A stretch of DNA of 64,000 bases from NCBI GenBank assembly GCA_040756235.1, contig JBFLZG010000068.1, forward strand, positions 1-64,000. The letters run 5' to 3'. A program made the position numbers and the translations under genes. Source of the DNA: a bacterium. Lineage in GTDB: Bacteria; Desulfobacterota; DSWW01. Of the stretch, positions 10,217 through 19,573 are shown piece by piece; position 1 is the first letter of the stretch, and each line of letters opens with the position of its first letter. The notes under the pieces were generated by a model. That model did not search any database. It saw only the letters and a list, made by a program, of their open reading frames with translations, and was not told the origin of the DNA.

Positions 10217-10299
10217 GCACCTTCGGGCCACCCTCAGTAAAGATTTTTGCCATCATTTTCGATAACATAACCTGGACCTCCAAAGTCGATCTTGACATC

Positions 10300-11199
10300 A
10301 TGCTGAAACGCTATCTCTGGATACGAAACATTCTCTTCGTGATTGCCCTCTCCTATCTGGCAGCCGGGGTCGGCAATACCGTCCTCTTGTCACGGCTTCC
10401 TCCGCCTGCGCCTGCACCCGACCGACCGGCCGTCTCCAAGCCCGGACCACAGTCGCCCGACGGAAAGGCGGCCAACACGTACAGTCTGATCACGCGCCGG
10501 AACGTCTTCAACAGCGCGTACACCGGAGAGGCCCTGGACTCCGATACGGGCAAGGTGCAGCCCGCATCCGCCCCCCTGAAGAAGGCCGACCTGAACGTGA
10601 AGCTGATCGGCACGGTTGCCGGCTCCCGGGAGGACTCTTTCGCCATCATCGAGGACGGCTCCACGCGCCTGCAGGAATTGTATCAGGCCGACGATACGAT
10701 CCAGGACCAGGCGCGAATCCTGCAGATCGAACGGTGCAAGATCATCCTGCTGCGGGATGGCGTCCAAGAGGTCCTCGAATGCCCGGAAGAGGCCGTGCCG
10801 GAAGAACAGAAATCCGCCGTTGCCTACGGGGCTCCGGCCGGAGCCTCAGCCGCGCCCGCCGGGGTCAAGGCCGTTTCCGAAACGGAGTTCATGATCGACG
10901 AGAATGAAGTCGAAAAGGCCATGGGCAACATCAACCAGCTGCTCACGCAGATCCGGGTGGTGCCGAACTTCCAGGACGGCAAGCCCAACGGCTTCAAAGT
11001 ATTTGCCATCAAACCGGACAGCCTGTTTGCAAAGATCGGTCTCAAAAACGGAGACGTCATCCAGAAGGTCAACGGCCGGGACATCACTTCCCCCGAAAGG
11101 GCACTCGAGGTCTTCCAAGAGCTGAGAAACGAAAAGAGCCTCTCCGTGGACATGCTGCGGAGGGGCGCTCCGCAGAGCCTCCGATACGAAGTTCGATAA
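10300..11199 (+). CDS. gspC: Type II secretion protein C (HR + PDZ)
   Basis: N-terminal TM, 'KLIGTVAG...FAIIED', C-terminal PDZ 'GFKVFAIKPDSLFAKIGLKNGDVIQKVNG'. First gene of the operon. Confidence 0.92.
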   Translation: MLKRYLWIRNILFVIALSYLAAGVGNTVLLSRLPPPAPAPDRPAVSKPGPQSPDGKAANTYSLITRRNVFNSAYTGEALDSDTGKVQPASAPLKKADLNVKLIGTVAGSREDSFAIIEDGSTRLQELYQADDTIQDQARILQIERCKIILLRDGVQEVLECPEEAVPEEQKSAVAYGAPAGASAAPAGVKAVSETEFMIDENEVEKAMGNINQLLTQIRVVPNFQDGKPNGFKVFAIKPDSLFAKIGLKNGDVIQKVNGRDITSPERALEVFQELRNEKSLSVDMLRRGAPQSLRYEVR

Positions 11200-11234
11200 C
11201 TCGATCGACGATCCGAATGACCAGGGAGTGCTAG

Positions 11235-13565
11235 ATGACCAGAGGAATGTGCCGTCTCGTTCCGCTGTTCTTGTCGTTCGCCTTGCTTGCGGTGGCGCCC
11301 CCTCTCCTGCCTGCCCTGCTCGCTCAGGAGACGAGGCCCGGCGCAGCGGACACGATGGTCACCATGGACTTCCAGGACGTGGATCTGATCGTTCTGGTGA
11401 AGTTCATCAGCGAGCTTACCGGCAGGAACTTCATTCTCGACGAGCGGGTCAAGGGGAAAAAGGTCACGGTCATCTCGCCCACCAAGATCACCAAGGAGGA
11501 GGCTTACCGGGTTTTCGAATCGATTTTGGAGATCAAGGGGCTGGCTACGGTCCCCTCGGGCAAGATCATCAAGATCGTGCCTTCCAAGGACGCGGTGGAG
11601 ATGAGCGTCAGGACCTTCGTGGGAAAAGAGTCGGTCCCTGTGACCGATACCCTCGTCACGCGCCTCATCCCCCTGGAGTACGTCTCGGCCGATGACATGG
11701 CCAAGGTCCTCAAACCTCTGATGTCCCGGGAGAGCCAGATCGACGCCTACCCGGCCACGAACACCCTGATCCTCACCGAGACGGCTTCCAACATCGATCG
11801 TCTGGTGCGAATCCTGCAGCAGCTGGACATCAAGGCCGAGCAGATGGTCATCGAGGTCATCCCTCTGCAGTACGCATCCGCCGACATCCTGGCCAAGCAG
11901 CTGCAGGAGCTTCTGCAGGCCGCAACGGCAGCCGCGCCCGCCGCGCCCGCTCCTCGCCGGGGCACGCGGGCCACGCGCACGACCCCTGCAACGACCCGGA
12001 CCACGGGAGGACCGGGCGAGTTCACCGGCAAGATCATTGCCGACGATCGAACCAATTCGCTGATCATCCTGACCAACGAGCTCGAGCTCCCGCAGATCCG
12101 CGAGCTCATCCAGAAGCTCGACTACGACACGCCCCGTGCCTACGGAAACATCCAAGTGTATTACCTGGAATACGCCAGCTCGGAAGATACGGCCAAGGTC
12201 TTGACCGATCTCGTCTCCGGAGTTCGCTCCCCCACGGGCAGAAACGGCGACAGCCAGGCCGCGGCGGTCGCCCCCGCAATCGCCAAGACCCTTGCCTCTT
12301 TCGAAGGGGAGGTCAGCATCACGGCCGACGCCGCGACCAACTCCCTTCTTATCGTGGCCTCCCCGCGCGACTACCAGACCCTGGCTAACGTGATCGAGAA
12401 GCTCGACATCCGGCGCAAGCAGGTCTACGTGGAAGCCGTGGTCATGGAGGTCAGCCCTTCCTTCAGCCGCGATCTCGGTTTCGAATTCCGCACCGCCACG
12501 CCTCTGCAGAGCGGCGACAGCGTGGATCAGGCCATGATCGGAGGCACGAGCTTCGGCCAGGGGGGCAACGAGTTCTTCCAGTCCTTGAGCGGTCTGGGCA
12601 CCACGACCACCGATACGACGACGACCGGCACCTCGCTCTTTCCGCTCGATCTCGGGTCCACGACCGGCCTGACCTTGGGGGCGGTGTTCGACCGCGTCAA
12701 GATCACCACCCCTGACGGAGATACCATCTCCATCCCGGCCAACATCTTCTTGTTGCACGCGATCCAGAGCTCGACCAAATCCAACATCCTGTCCACCCCG
12801 CACCTGATCGCCATCGACAACGAGGAAGCCGAGATCGTGGTCGGCCGCAACGTCCCGTTCCTGACCTCCACGAGCCAGACCACGGTCAGCACGATCACGC
12901 AGATTCAGAGACAGAACGTGGGCATCACCCTCCGATTCACGCCTCAGATCACCGAGGGCGATTACATCCAGCTTAAGCTCTATCAGGAGATATCGGCGCT
13001 CATTCAGAGCCCCATCGGTCAGGACGTGAACCGGGTCGGCCCCACGACTTCGACGAGGACGGCCTCCAACACGGTCCTGGTGCGGGACGGCCAGACCATC
13101 GTGGTCGGCGGTCTGATGGAAGATCGCATCGAGAAGATCAAGTCGGGCGTCCCCTGGCTGCAGGAAATTCCGCTGCTCGGGTGGCTCTTTCGATTCGAGC
13201 GGGACAACGTCGAGAAGAACAATCTGCTGATCTTTCTCACGCCGACCGTGGTCAAGGAAGACCAGGACGTGCAGCGGCTCTACGAACAGAAGAAGAGGGA
13301 GATGATCCAGTACAAGGACCGTCACGAGTTCTCCGACAAGTACATGGACACCACGGGATTTCCGGATCACAACGCCGGCACCTCGGGCCCGGTGAAGGTG
13401 CGTCCGCCCGCGCCGCCCGGCACGACGATCCCCAAACCGTTGGAAGAGAGCCTGGGGCTCCCTCCGTCCGACGCGAATGCGCAGGACTCGGACTACAGCG
13501 TCACGGTGGAAGGGGCCCGCCGCCTCGATCCAAGCCCGTCCGCCGCCTCCCCGCAAGAACGATAA
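11235..13565 (+). CDS. gspD: Type II secretion secretin D
   Basis: Signal peptide, N0 'MDFQDVDL..LVKFISELTGRNFILDERVKG', N1-N3 repeats, secretin core 'NILSTP...DNEEAEIVVG...VPWLQEIPLLGWLF'. Confidence 0.96.
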   Translation: MTRGMCRLVPLFLSFALLAVAPPLLPALLAQETRPGAADTMVTMDFQDVDLIVLVKFISELTGRNFILDERVKGKKVTVISPTKITKEEAYRVFESILEIKGLATVPSGKIIKIVPSKDAVEMSVRTFVGKESVPVTDTLVTRLIPLEYVSADDMAKVLKPLMSRESQIDAYPATNTLILTETASNIDRLVRILQQLDIKAEQMVIEVIPLQYASADILAKQLQELLQAATAAAPAAPAPRRGTRATRTTPATTRTTGGPGEFTGKIIADDRTNSLIILTNELELPQIRELIQKLDYDTPRAYGNIQVYYLEYASSEDTAKVLTDLVSGVRSPTGRNGDSQAAAVAPAIAKTLASFEGEVSITADAATNSLLIVASPRDYQTLANVIEKLDIRRKQVYVEAVVMEVSPSFSRDLGFEFRTATPLQSGDSVDQAMIGGTSFGQGGNEFFQSLSGLGTTTTDTTTTGTSLFPLDLGSTTGLTLGAVFDRVKITTPDGDTISIPANIFLLHAIQSSTKSNILSTPHLIAIDNEEAEIVVGRNVPFLTSTSQTTVSTITQIQRQNVGITLRFTPQITEGDYIQLKLYQEISALIQSPIGQDVNRVGPTTSTRTASNTVLVRDGQTIVVGGLMEDRIEKIKSGVPWLQEIPLLGWLFRFERDNVEKNNLLIFLTPTVVKEDQDVQRLYEQKKREMIQYKDRHEFSDKYMDTTGFPDHNAGTSGPVKVRPPAPPGTTIPKPLEESLGLPPSDANAQDSDYSVTVEGARRLDPSPSAASPQER

Positions 13566-13579
13566 AAGTAGAGGAAAGC

Positions 13580-15289
13580 ATGCGTTTCGATGCAAGACCC
13601 CTCGAGCAAATCCTGCTGGAGAAGACCTCCTTGGACCCCAAGGGTCTGGAGGCCGCTCTGTCCCTTCAGAAGGAGCGCGGCGGAGCCTTGGGCGACATCC
13701 TCGTCACGCTCAAGCTGGTCACGGACGAGGACGTCTGCGAGGCGGTCAGCCGCCAGATGAACCTCGCCTATTGGCCCGAGATCCCGGACCAGAGCCTCGA
13801 TTTGGAGATCCTGCGGAACATACCGATCAACTTCTGCAAGAAACACGAGCTTCTCCCTCTCAAGAAGGACGGCGGGGCGGTCCAAGTCGCGGTCGCCGAT
13901 CCTCTGAACGTGGCCCCTCTCGATGATCTGCAGCTCCTGCTGAAAGAGCCGGTCAGGCCGATCCTGGCCCGCGCGACGACGATTCTGCACGCCATCAACC
14001 GCGCCTACGATCTCATCTCCGAGACCGCGGAACAAATGGTCGAAGGGCTGAACGAGGAAGCTCTGGACCTGGTCGCCACGGAGCTCGAGGAGCCCAAGGA
14101 CCTTCTCGACGCCTCGGACGAGGCCCCGATCATCCGTCTGGTCAACTCGGTCCTGTACCAGGCGGTCAAGCAGCGAGCCAGCGACGTCCACATCGAGCCT
14201 TTCGAACGGCAGTTGGTCATCCGCTACCGTATCGACGGCGTCCTGTACGACATGCTGCGGCCGTCCAAGCGCTTTCAGTCGAGCGTCGCCTCCCGCGTCA
14301 AGATCATGGCAGGGCTCAACATCGCCGAAAAGCGCCTGCCCCAGGACGGCCGCATCCGCATCAAGATCGCCGGCAAGGACGTCGACATCCGCGTCTCCGT
14401 CGTGCCCACGGCGCACGGCGAGCGGATCGTCATGCGCCTCCTCGACCGCTCCCAGGTGCTGCTCAAGCTGGACGAGATCGGCATGACCGGGGACAAGCTT
14501 CTGCGCATGCGCAAGCTCATTCGCATGCCTTACGGGATCCTGCTGGAGACGGGGCCTACCGGGTCGGGCAAGACCACGACCCTGTATGCGGCCTTGAGCG
14601 AGATCAACACGCCTGAAAAGAACATCATCACCGTGGAGGACCCGATCGAATACCAGCTCCACGGCGTCGGGCAGATCCAGGTCAATCCCAAGATCGAGCT
14701 CACCTTTGCCCGCGGGCTGCGCTCGATCCTGCGTCAGGACCCGGACGTGATCATGGTCGGCGAGATCCGCGACCTGGAAACCGCCGAAATCGCCATCCAG
14801 GCCTCGCTGACGGGGCACCTCGTGTTCAGCACGCTCCACACCAACGACGCGCCGACCGCCATCACGCGTCTGGTGGACATGGGGATCGAGCCTTTCCTGG
14901 TCTCCTCCTCCCTGATCGGAGCTCTCGCGCAGCGCCTGGTGCGCATCCTGTGCCCGGCCTGTAAGGAGCCCTACGTTGCGTCGGATGAGACACTGCGCGA
15001 GCTCCATCTGGAGCGGGACCGGCTTCCCAACGGCCATCTGTACCGGCCCAAGGGATGTGCCAAGTGCGCGGGCACCGGCTACTACGGCCGCTCCGGCATC
15101 TACGAGCTCCTCGTGGTGGATGAGAAGATCCAGCACCTCATCCTGAAAGGGGTGGATGCCAACGTCATTCGCAGGGCCGCGATCGAAAGGGGGATGACCC
15201 CCCTGCGCGATGACGGAGCCGAGAAGGTCCTGAGGGGGATCACTTCCGCGGAGGAGGTGGCACGGGTCACCCAGGAGACGGTTGTCTAG
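13580..15289 (+). CDS. gspE: Type II secretion ATPase E
   Basis: 'ASDVHIEP', 'EKRLPQDG', Walker A 'GPTGSGKTTT', 'LRQDPDVIMVGEIRD', tetracysteine motif. Start set at MRFDARP (13580, SD GAGG). Confidence 0.96.
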   Translation: MRFDARPLEQILLEKTSLDPKGLEAALSLQKERGGALGDILVTLKLVTDEDVCEAVSRQMNLAYWPEIPDQSLDLEILRNIPINFCKKHELLPLKKDGGAVQVAVADPLNVAPLDDLQLLLKEPVRPILARATTILHAINRAYDLISETAEQMVEGLNEEALDLVATELEEPKDLLDASDEAPIIRLVNSVLYQAVKQRASDVHIEPFERQLVIRYRIDGVLYDMLRPSKRFQSSVASRVKIMAGLNIAEKRLPQDGRIRIKIAGKDVDIRVSVVPTAHGERIVMRLLDRSQVLLKLDEIGMTGDKLLRMRKLIRMPYGILLETGPTGSGKTTTLYAALSEINTPEKNIITVEDPIEYQLHGVGQIQVNPKIELTFARGLRSILRQDPDVIMVGEIRDLETAEIAIQASLTGHLVFSTLHTNDAPTAITRLVDMGIEPFLVSSSLIGALAQRLVRILCPACKEPYVASDETLRELHLERDRLPNGHLYRPKGCAKCAGTGYYGRSGIYELLVVDEKIQHLILKGVDANVIRRAAIERGMTPLRDDGAEKVLRGITSAEEVARVTQETVV

Positions 15290-15488
15290 GAGGCTGTCCA
15301 AAAATGCCCATCTGCGGAGCCTGTTGCGAGCGAAGCGATGCAATCCCCCCCTGCACACGACTGCGGCGCCGCGGTAACCGGGGGTTTCCTCGTCGCTCAG
15401 GCTCCTCGGAACAGGCCTCAGGATTTCGTGCGCCGTGCATCTGGACATTTCTGAACAGCTTCCAGGAGCCGAATACTTGGACGGGCTC
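15290..15488. mobile_element. Palindromic MITE/REP-like element, copy 3, flanked by CTAG direct repeats
   Basis: CTAG (15286-89, contains the gspE stop) | GAGGCTGTCCAAAAATGCCCATCTGC ... TTGGACGGGCTC | CTAG (15489-92). Confidence 0.88.
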
Positions 15489-15604
15489 CTAGCTGGACGC
15501 CTTTGAGGCACTCCGCAGGAAGGCTCCGGACCGGCCGACCGTCGGACCCTTCCGACGCGTGATCTGTCCGCTGCTCTCTCATTTCAGCCTGGTGAGGTCT
15601 TTCG

Positions 15605-16831
15605 TTGTCCGTATTCGAATACAAGGGAATGACGGCTCAGGGCAAGACGGTGACCGGCATCGTCGACGCCGACTCTCCCCGCATGGCCCGGCACAAGCTC
15701 CGCTCCGACGGCATCTATCCGACCGAGGTGTACCTCGAGCGCGAGCACAAGCGAGGCGGCCTCTCCCGGGAGGTGTCGCTGGCGCGCCTCTTCCAGCGGG
15801 TCCGGCTGCAGGACGTCAGCATCCTCACGCGACAGCTCGCGACGCTGCTGAAAGCAGGGCTCACCCTCGTCTCCAGCCTGAACGCCCTGGCCGATCAGAT
15901 CGATAACCCGCGGCTGAAGAAGGTGATCACGCAGGTCCGGGAGAGAGTGAACGAGGGCGCTTCCCTGGCCGACGCGCTCCAGAGCTTCTCCGGCATCTTT
16001 CCCGACCTCTACATCAGTATGGTCCGCGCGGGCGAGTCGAGCGGCGCACTCGAGCTGGTGCTTCTCAGGCTCGCCGACTATCTCGAGAACCAGGTCCGTA
16101 TCCGCAGGCGCATCGTGAGCGCCCTCGTCTATCCGGCCGTGATGACCGTGGTGGGACTGGCCGTGCTCTCGATCCTGTTCGCTTTCGTCATTCCCAAGTT
16201 CGTGGCCATCTTCGCCGAGCTGCAGCAGGCCCTGCCCCTTCCCACAGTCATCCTGATCAAGACCAGCGATTTCGTGCGTTCCTACTGGTACCTCATCCTT
16301 GTCTGCCTGGCCGCCGCGGCCCACCTGCTCCGGCGCTACCGGGCCACGCCCAAAGGACGCGAGGTCTACGATCGGGCGCTGCTGCACATACCGGTATTCG
16401 GGCGCCTGATCCTCCTGGGCACCATCATCCGGTTCGCCAGGACGCTGAGCTCCCTTTTGAGCAGCGGGGTGCCGCTCCTCAAGGCGCTGGATATCGTCGC
16501 GACCGTGGTGAACAACAAGGTCTTTGCTGGCGCCATCGCCTCGGCGAGGGAGTCGGTGACAGAAGGCGCCTCGCTCTCGGACCCGCTCAAACGCAGCGGC
16601 ATCTTCCCGCCGATCGTGATCCACATGATGGCCAGCGGGGAGCAGAGCGGCCAGCTCGAGGAGATGCTGTCCAAGGTCGCGGAGATTTACGAAGAGGAAA
16701 CCGACACCCTGACCTCCACCCTCATGAGCCTCCTTGAGCCGTTTCTGATCCTGGGAATGGCCCTGGCGGTGGCCTTCATCGTCATATCCATACTTCTTCC
16801 TCTTCTGGAGATGAATCAAATCGTCAGATAG
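15605..16831 (+). CDS. gspF: Type II secretion inner-membrane platform protein F
   Basis: 'TRQLATLLKAG', 'MVRAGESSGALE..L.RLADY', 'ALVYP', 'GEQSGQLEEML'. TTG start. Confidence 0.95.
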   Translation: MSVFEYKGMTAQGKTVTGIVDADSPRMARHKLRSDGIYPTEVYLEREHKRGGLSREVSLARLFQRVRLQDVSILTRQLATLLKAGLTLVSSLNALADQIDNPRLKKVITQVRERVNEGASLADALQSFSGIFPDLYISMVRAGESSGALELVLLRLADYLENQVRIRRRIVSALVYPAVMTVVGLAVLSILFAFVIPKFVAIFAELQQALPLPTVILIKTSDFVRSYWYLILVCLAAAAHLLRRYRATPKGREVYDRALLHIPVFGRLILLGTIIRFARTLSSLLSSGVPLLKALDIVATVVNNKVFAGAIASARESVTEGASLSDPLKRSGIFPPIVIHMMASGEQSGQLEEMLSKVAEIYEEETDTLTSTLMSLLEPFLILGMALAVAFIVISILLPLLEMNQIVR

Positions 16832-16885
16832 CCCCAAGCCAACCGGGTCGAGTATATCGGAACCATGTAAAAGGAGCTCACACCC

Positions 16886-17323
16886 ATGAAGCGAAGGTTA
16901 GCGGATCAGAGGGGCATCACCTTGATCGAGATGATGGTGGTCATCGTGATCCTCGGGATCCTGGCAACGATCATCTTCACGCGGGTCTCCGACCGCCCCG
17001 AGCAGGCTCGAAGGACCAAGGCCGCCGTTGAGATCCGGCAGATGGGGACCGCCCTGGAGCTATTCAAGCTGGACAACGGCTTCTACCCGACCACGGAGCA
17101 AGGGCTCGAAGCGCTGGTTTCGCAGCCTTCGGTCGGAAAGATCCCGAACAACTACCCGGAATCGGGCTATCTCGATAAGGTCCCCTATGACCCCTGGGGA
17201 AACACGTATGTCTACATCTGTCCCGGGCTCCACGGAGACTTCGACCTCAGGAGCTATGGCCCTGACGCCGAGGAAGGCGGAGAGGGCAAGAACAGGGATG
17301 TGGACAGTTGGAACCTAGACTGA
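16886..17323 (+). CDS. gspG: Major pseudopilin G
   Basis: 'RG|ITLIEMMVV', 'FKLDNGFYPTTEQGLEAL', 'DPWGNTYVY..PG', 'SYGPD'. Confidence 0.96.
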   Translation: MKRRLADQRGITLIEMMVVIVILGILATIIFTRVSDRPEQARRTKAAVEIRQMGTALELFKLDNGFYPTTEQGLEALVSQPSVGKIPNNYPESGYLDKVPYDPWGNTYVYICPGLHGDFDLRSYGPDAEEGGEGKNRDVDSWNLD

Positions 17324-17928
17324 CAGGCCCGGTCCTCAGCCATCGAAGAAGGCCTTATCCCGCCGTGAGGGGCCTGACGCTCATCGAGCTCACGATGGTC
17401 CTGCTCGTCATGGCGGTGATCGCCTCCTTCTCGGTCCCCCGGCTCATGATGATCACCGAGGTGAACCTCAGGACCTCGGCCCGGAACCTGACCGAGACTC
17501 TCGGGCTGCTGTCGTCCCTGGCGATCACCCACTCCAGGCCTTACGGAATCCTCTACGACCTGGACAAGCAAAGGTACTGCTACGTGCCCGCTCGAGAAGA
17601 CCCGGAAACCGGAGGCTGGCACCTGGTATTCGCAGACGAGAAGGACGAAACTGTCAGCGATCCCCTGGTCGCAACGAGGTGCTTCCCACTGAAGGACGGC
17701 GTCTATTTCAAGGACATCGAAACGCCTGAAGCCGCCGAGGCGAAGCAAGAAAAGGGCAGGCTGACGCACTCCTTTTCTCCCAGGGGGATCGCGGAATCAC
17801 TGGTCATCCATCTCGGTGACAAGAAAGGGCGCTACTACTCCATTTTCCTCCAACGCTACGGAGGCAGGGTCGAGCTGCGAGAGGGCACATGGTCCTACAA
17901 ACAATATGTAGAGGACATGCTTCGTTAG
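17308..17928 (+). CDS. gspH: Minor pseudopilin H
   Basis: Class III signal 'RG|LTLIELTMVLLV' and position after gspG. Alternative GTG start at 17365. Confidence 0.8.
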   Translation: MEPRLTGPVLSHRRRPYPAVRGLTLIELTMVLLVMAVIASFSVPRLMMITEVNLRTSARNLTETLGLLSSLAITHSRPYGILYDLDKQRYCYVPAREDPETGGWHLVFADEKDETVSDPLVATRCFPLKDGVYFKDIETPEAAEAKQEKGRLTHSFSPRGIAESLVIHLGDKKGRYYSIFLQRYGGRVELREGTWSYKQYVEDMLR

Positions 17929-18581
17929 CGCAGAGGCTGTCCCGAAACGCCCATCTGCGGCGTTGCACTCATGGGGTCCTGGAGGCTGGGGGAGCCTGCC
18001 CCGGCGAAAGGCCGGGGTCCACTGTGAATCCCGGTTACGCCTCGTTCCTCAGGACTTCGTGCGCCTTGCATCTGGGCATTTTTGAACAGCCTCTGAAAGC
18101 GAGCCTGTTGGGACAGGCTCTAGCGCCAAGACGGCCTCCCGCCAAGTCGACCAGGACCGCCCCGGAAGGTTTTACCCTTCTCGAAGTGATGGTCGCGGTC
18201 GCGATCCTCGGCATCGCCATGACCACGCTCCACTACGGTCAGGCGCAGGCGATCCGGGCTCAGGCGAGGACGGAGAACATGATCGTGGCCACCATGAAGG
18301 CCATGGAGCGCATGCACGAGATCGCCTTTCTCCGGCCGGAGGAGCTTCCGCGCGCCGGCGAAAGCGAGGAGGGAGCGTTCGAGCCTCCTTACGAGCGTTT
18401 CCACTGGAGAGTACGGGTGGAAGAAAACGAGTACACCCCGGACCTTCTGAACATCTTTCTCACCATCAATTGGGATACGGACGAGACCGGCCGAACCACG
18501 CTTTCTTCCCAATCCCAAGGGAAAGAAGGCGCAGGCAGGAGCCTGGAGCTATGTTTCTATCGTGCCGCCACGCTGCGATGA
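17889..18581 (+). CDS. gspI: Minor pseudopilin I (leader region interrupted in frame by repeat copy 4)
   Basis: 'EG|FTLLEVMVAVAILG' with cleavage at 18170/18171, and 'EEGAFEPPYERFHWRV'. There is no start codon between the repeat and the cleavage site, so the start is ATG 17889 or a GTG/TTG (e.g. 18108) inside the repeat. Confidence 0.82.
   Translation: MVLQTICRGHASLAQRLSRNAHLRRCTHGVLEAGGACPGERPGSTVNPGYASFLRTSCALHLGIFEQPLKASLLGQALAPRRPPAKSTRTAPEGFTLLEVMVAVAILGIAMTTLHYGQAQAIRAQARTENMIVATMKAMERMHEIAFLRPEELPRAGESEEGAFEPPYERFHWRVRVEENEYTPDLLNIFLTINWDTDETGRTTLSSQSQGKEGAGRSLELCFYRAATLR
17933..18120. mobile_element. Palindromic MITE/REP-like element, copy 4
   Basis: GAGGCTGTCCCGAAACGCCCATCTGC ... 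GCATCTGGGCATTTTTGAACAGCCTC ... GGGACAGGCTC. TAGCGC occurs on both sides (17926-31 and 18121-26). Confidence 0.88.
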
Positions 18582-19573
18582 GCAGGCCGTGGCCAGAGGC
18601 CCGATTGCGGAGCTTCTCGCGAGCGCGGCGGCGCGACCGTTCTCGCATGCCCCTTGGAAGGTGGATCCTCAGCCACCCGCGCGCGCGCAGCGCCAGGGGG
18701 TTGACGCTGCTGGAGATCATGCTCTCCCTGGCCATCACCGCCCTTGTGGTCGCCATCGTCTACGGCAGCCTGCGTACGGTTTCGAGCGCCACGGACACGC
18801 TGTCGGCGCGGAACGAGCTGTACCGGATGACTTACGCGGCGCTGGAAGACATCAGCCGGGAGCTCGCCTCGGCGTACGCCGCCTGGAACGGACGCATCGT
18901 GAACGGCCGCGGGGCCACGTATTTCTATGTGGAAGGTCGTGAAGAGGAGGGCATGCACCGGGATGATCTTTTCTTCACCACTTACGGACACGCCGCGTCC
19001 CAGGACGGCCTCGGCGAGAGCGACCAGTCGGAGGTGTGCTACCGGGTGGTACACAGCGACAAGCGTGACGAGCTGATCCTGCTCAAGAAAGAAGACTGGA
19101 CCATAGACGAGCGAACCTGCCGCGACGAGGGAACGGACTGGAACGATCCATATGAGCAGAGTCCCTTCGTGGTGGCGACCGGGATCCATCCGGACAAAGG
19201 CCCCGGGTACCGGTTCGTGGGGTTCCAGGTGGAGCCGTTTCAGAACCCCGCGGACGAGGAAGGCCTCGACAAGTGGAACTCGACGGAGAGCAGCGCGCTG
19301 CCCAGCCGCGTGCGGGTGACGCTGAGTTTCGAGGACAGCCGAGAAGAGGTCCTCACCTTCTCGAGTGAAGTCCTTCTCAGGCTCGGCGGGCCGATACAAA
19401 TCCAGGCGGGCACGACGGCCGGAGGAGGAGGAGGAGGAGGAGGAGGAGAGGAAGAAGAAGGTGGAGGTGGTGGCAGGAGCGATGGCGGTCCAAGTGGCGG
19501 TGGTAGGAGCGGCAGTCCAAGTGGCGGTGGCAGCTCGGGCAACTTGAACCCCCCGCTCCAGGACGACGAGTGA
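18578..19573 (+). CDS. gspJ: Minor pseudopilin J with Gly/Ser-rich C-terminal tail
   Basis: 'RG|LTLLEIMLSLAI', 'ESDQSEVCY', 'LPSRVRVTL'. The ATG overlaps the gspI stop (ATGA). Confidence 0.82.
   Translation: MSRPWPEARLRSFSRARRRDRSRMPLGRWILSHPRARSARGLTLLEIMLSLAITALVVAIVYGSLRTVSSATDTLSARNELYRMTYAALEDISRELASAYAAWNGRIVNGRGATYFYVEGREEEGMHRDDLFFTTYGHAASQDGLGESDQSEVCYRVVHSDKRDELILLKKEDWTIDERTCRDEGTDWNDPYEQSPFVVATGIHPDKGPGYRFVGFQVEPFQNPADEEGLDKWNSTESSALPSRVRVTLSFEDSREEVLTFSSEVLLRLGGPIQIQAGTTAGGGGGGGGGEEEEGGGGGRSDGGPSGGGRSGSPSGGGSSGNLNPPLQDDE
19421..19447 (+). repeat. (GGA)9 microsatellite encoding poly-Gly in gspJ
   Basis: ggaggaggaggaggaggaggaggagga, followed by GAG/GAA and GGT/GGC runs and a duplicated gtccaagtggcggtgg. 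Confidence 0.9.
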
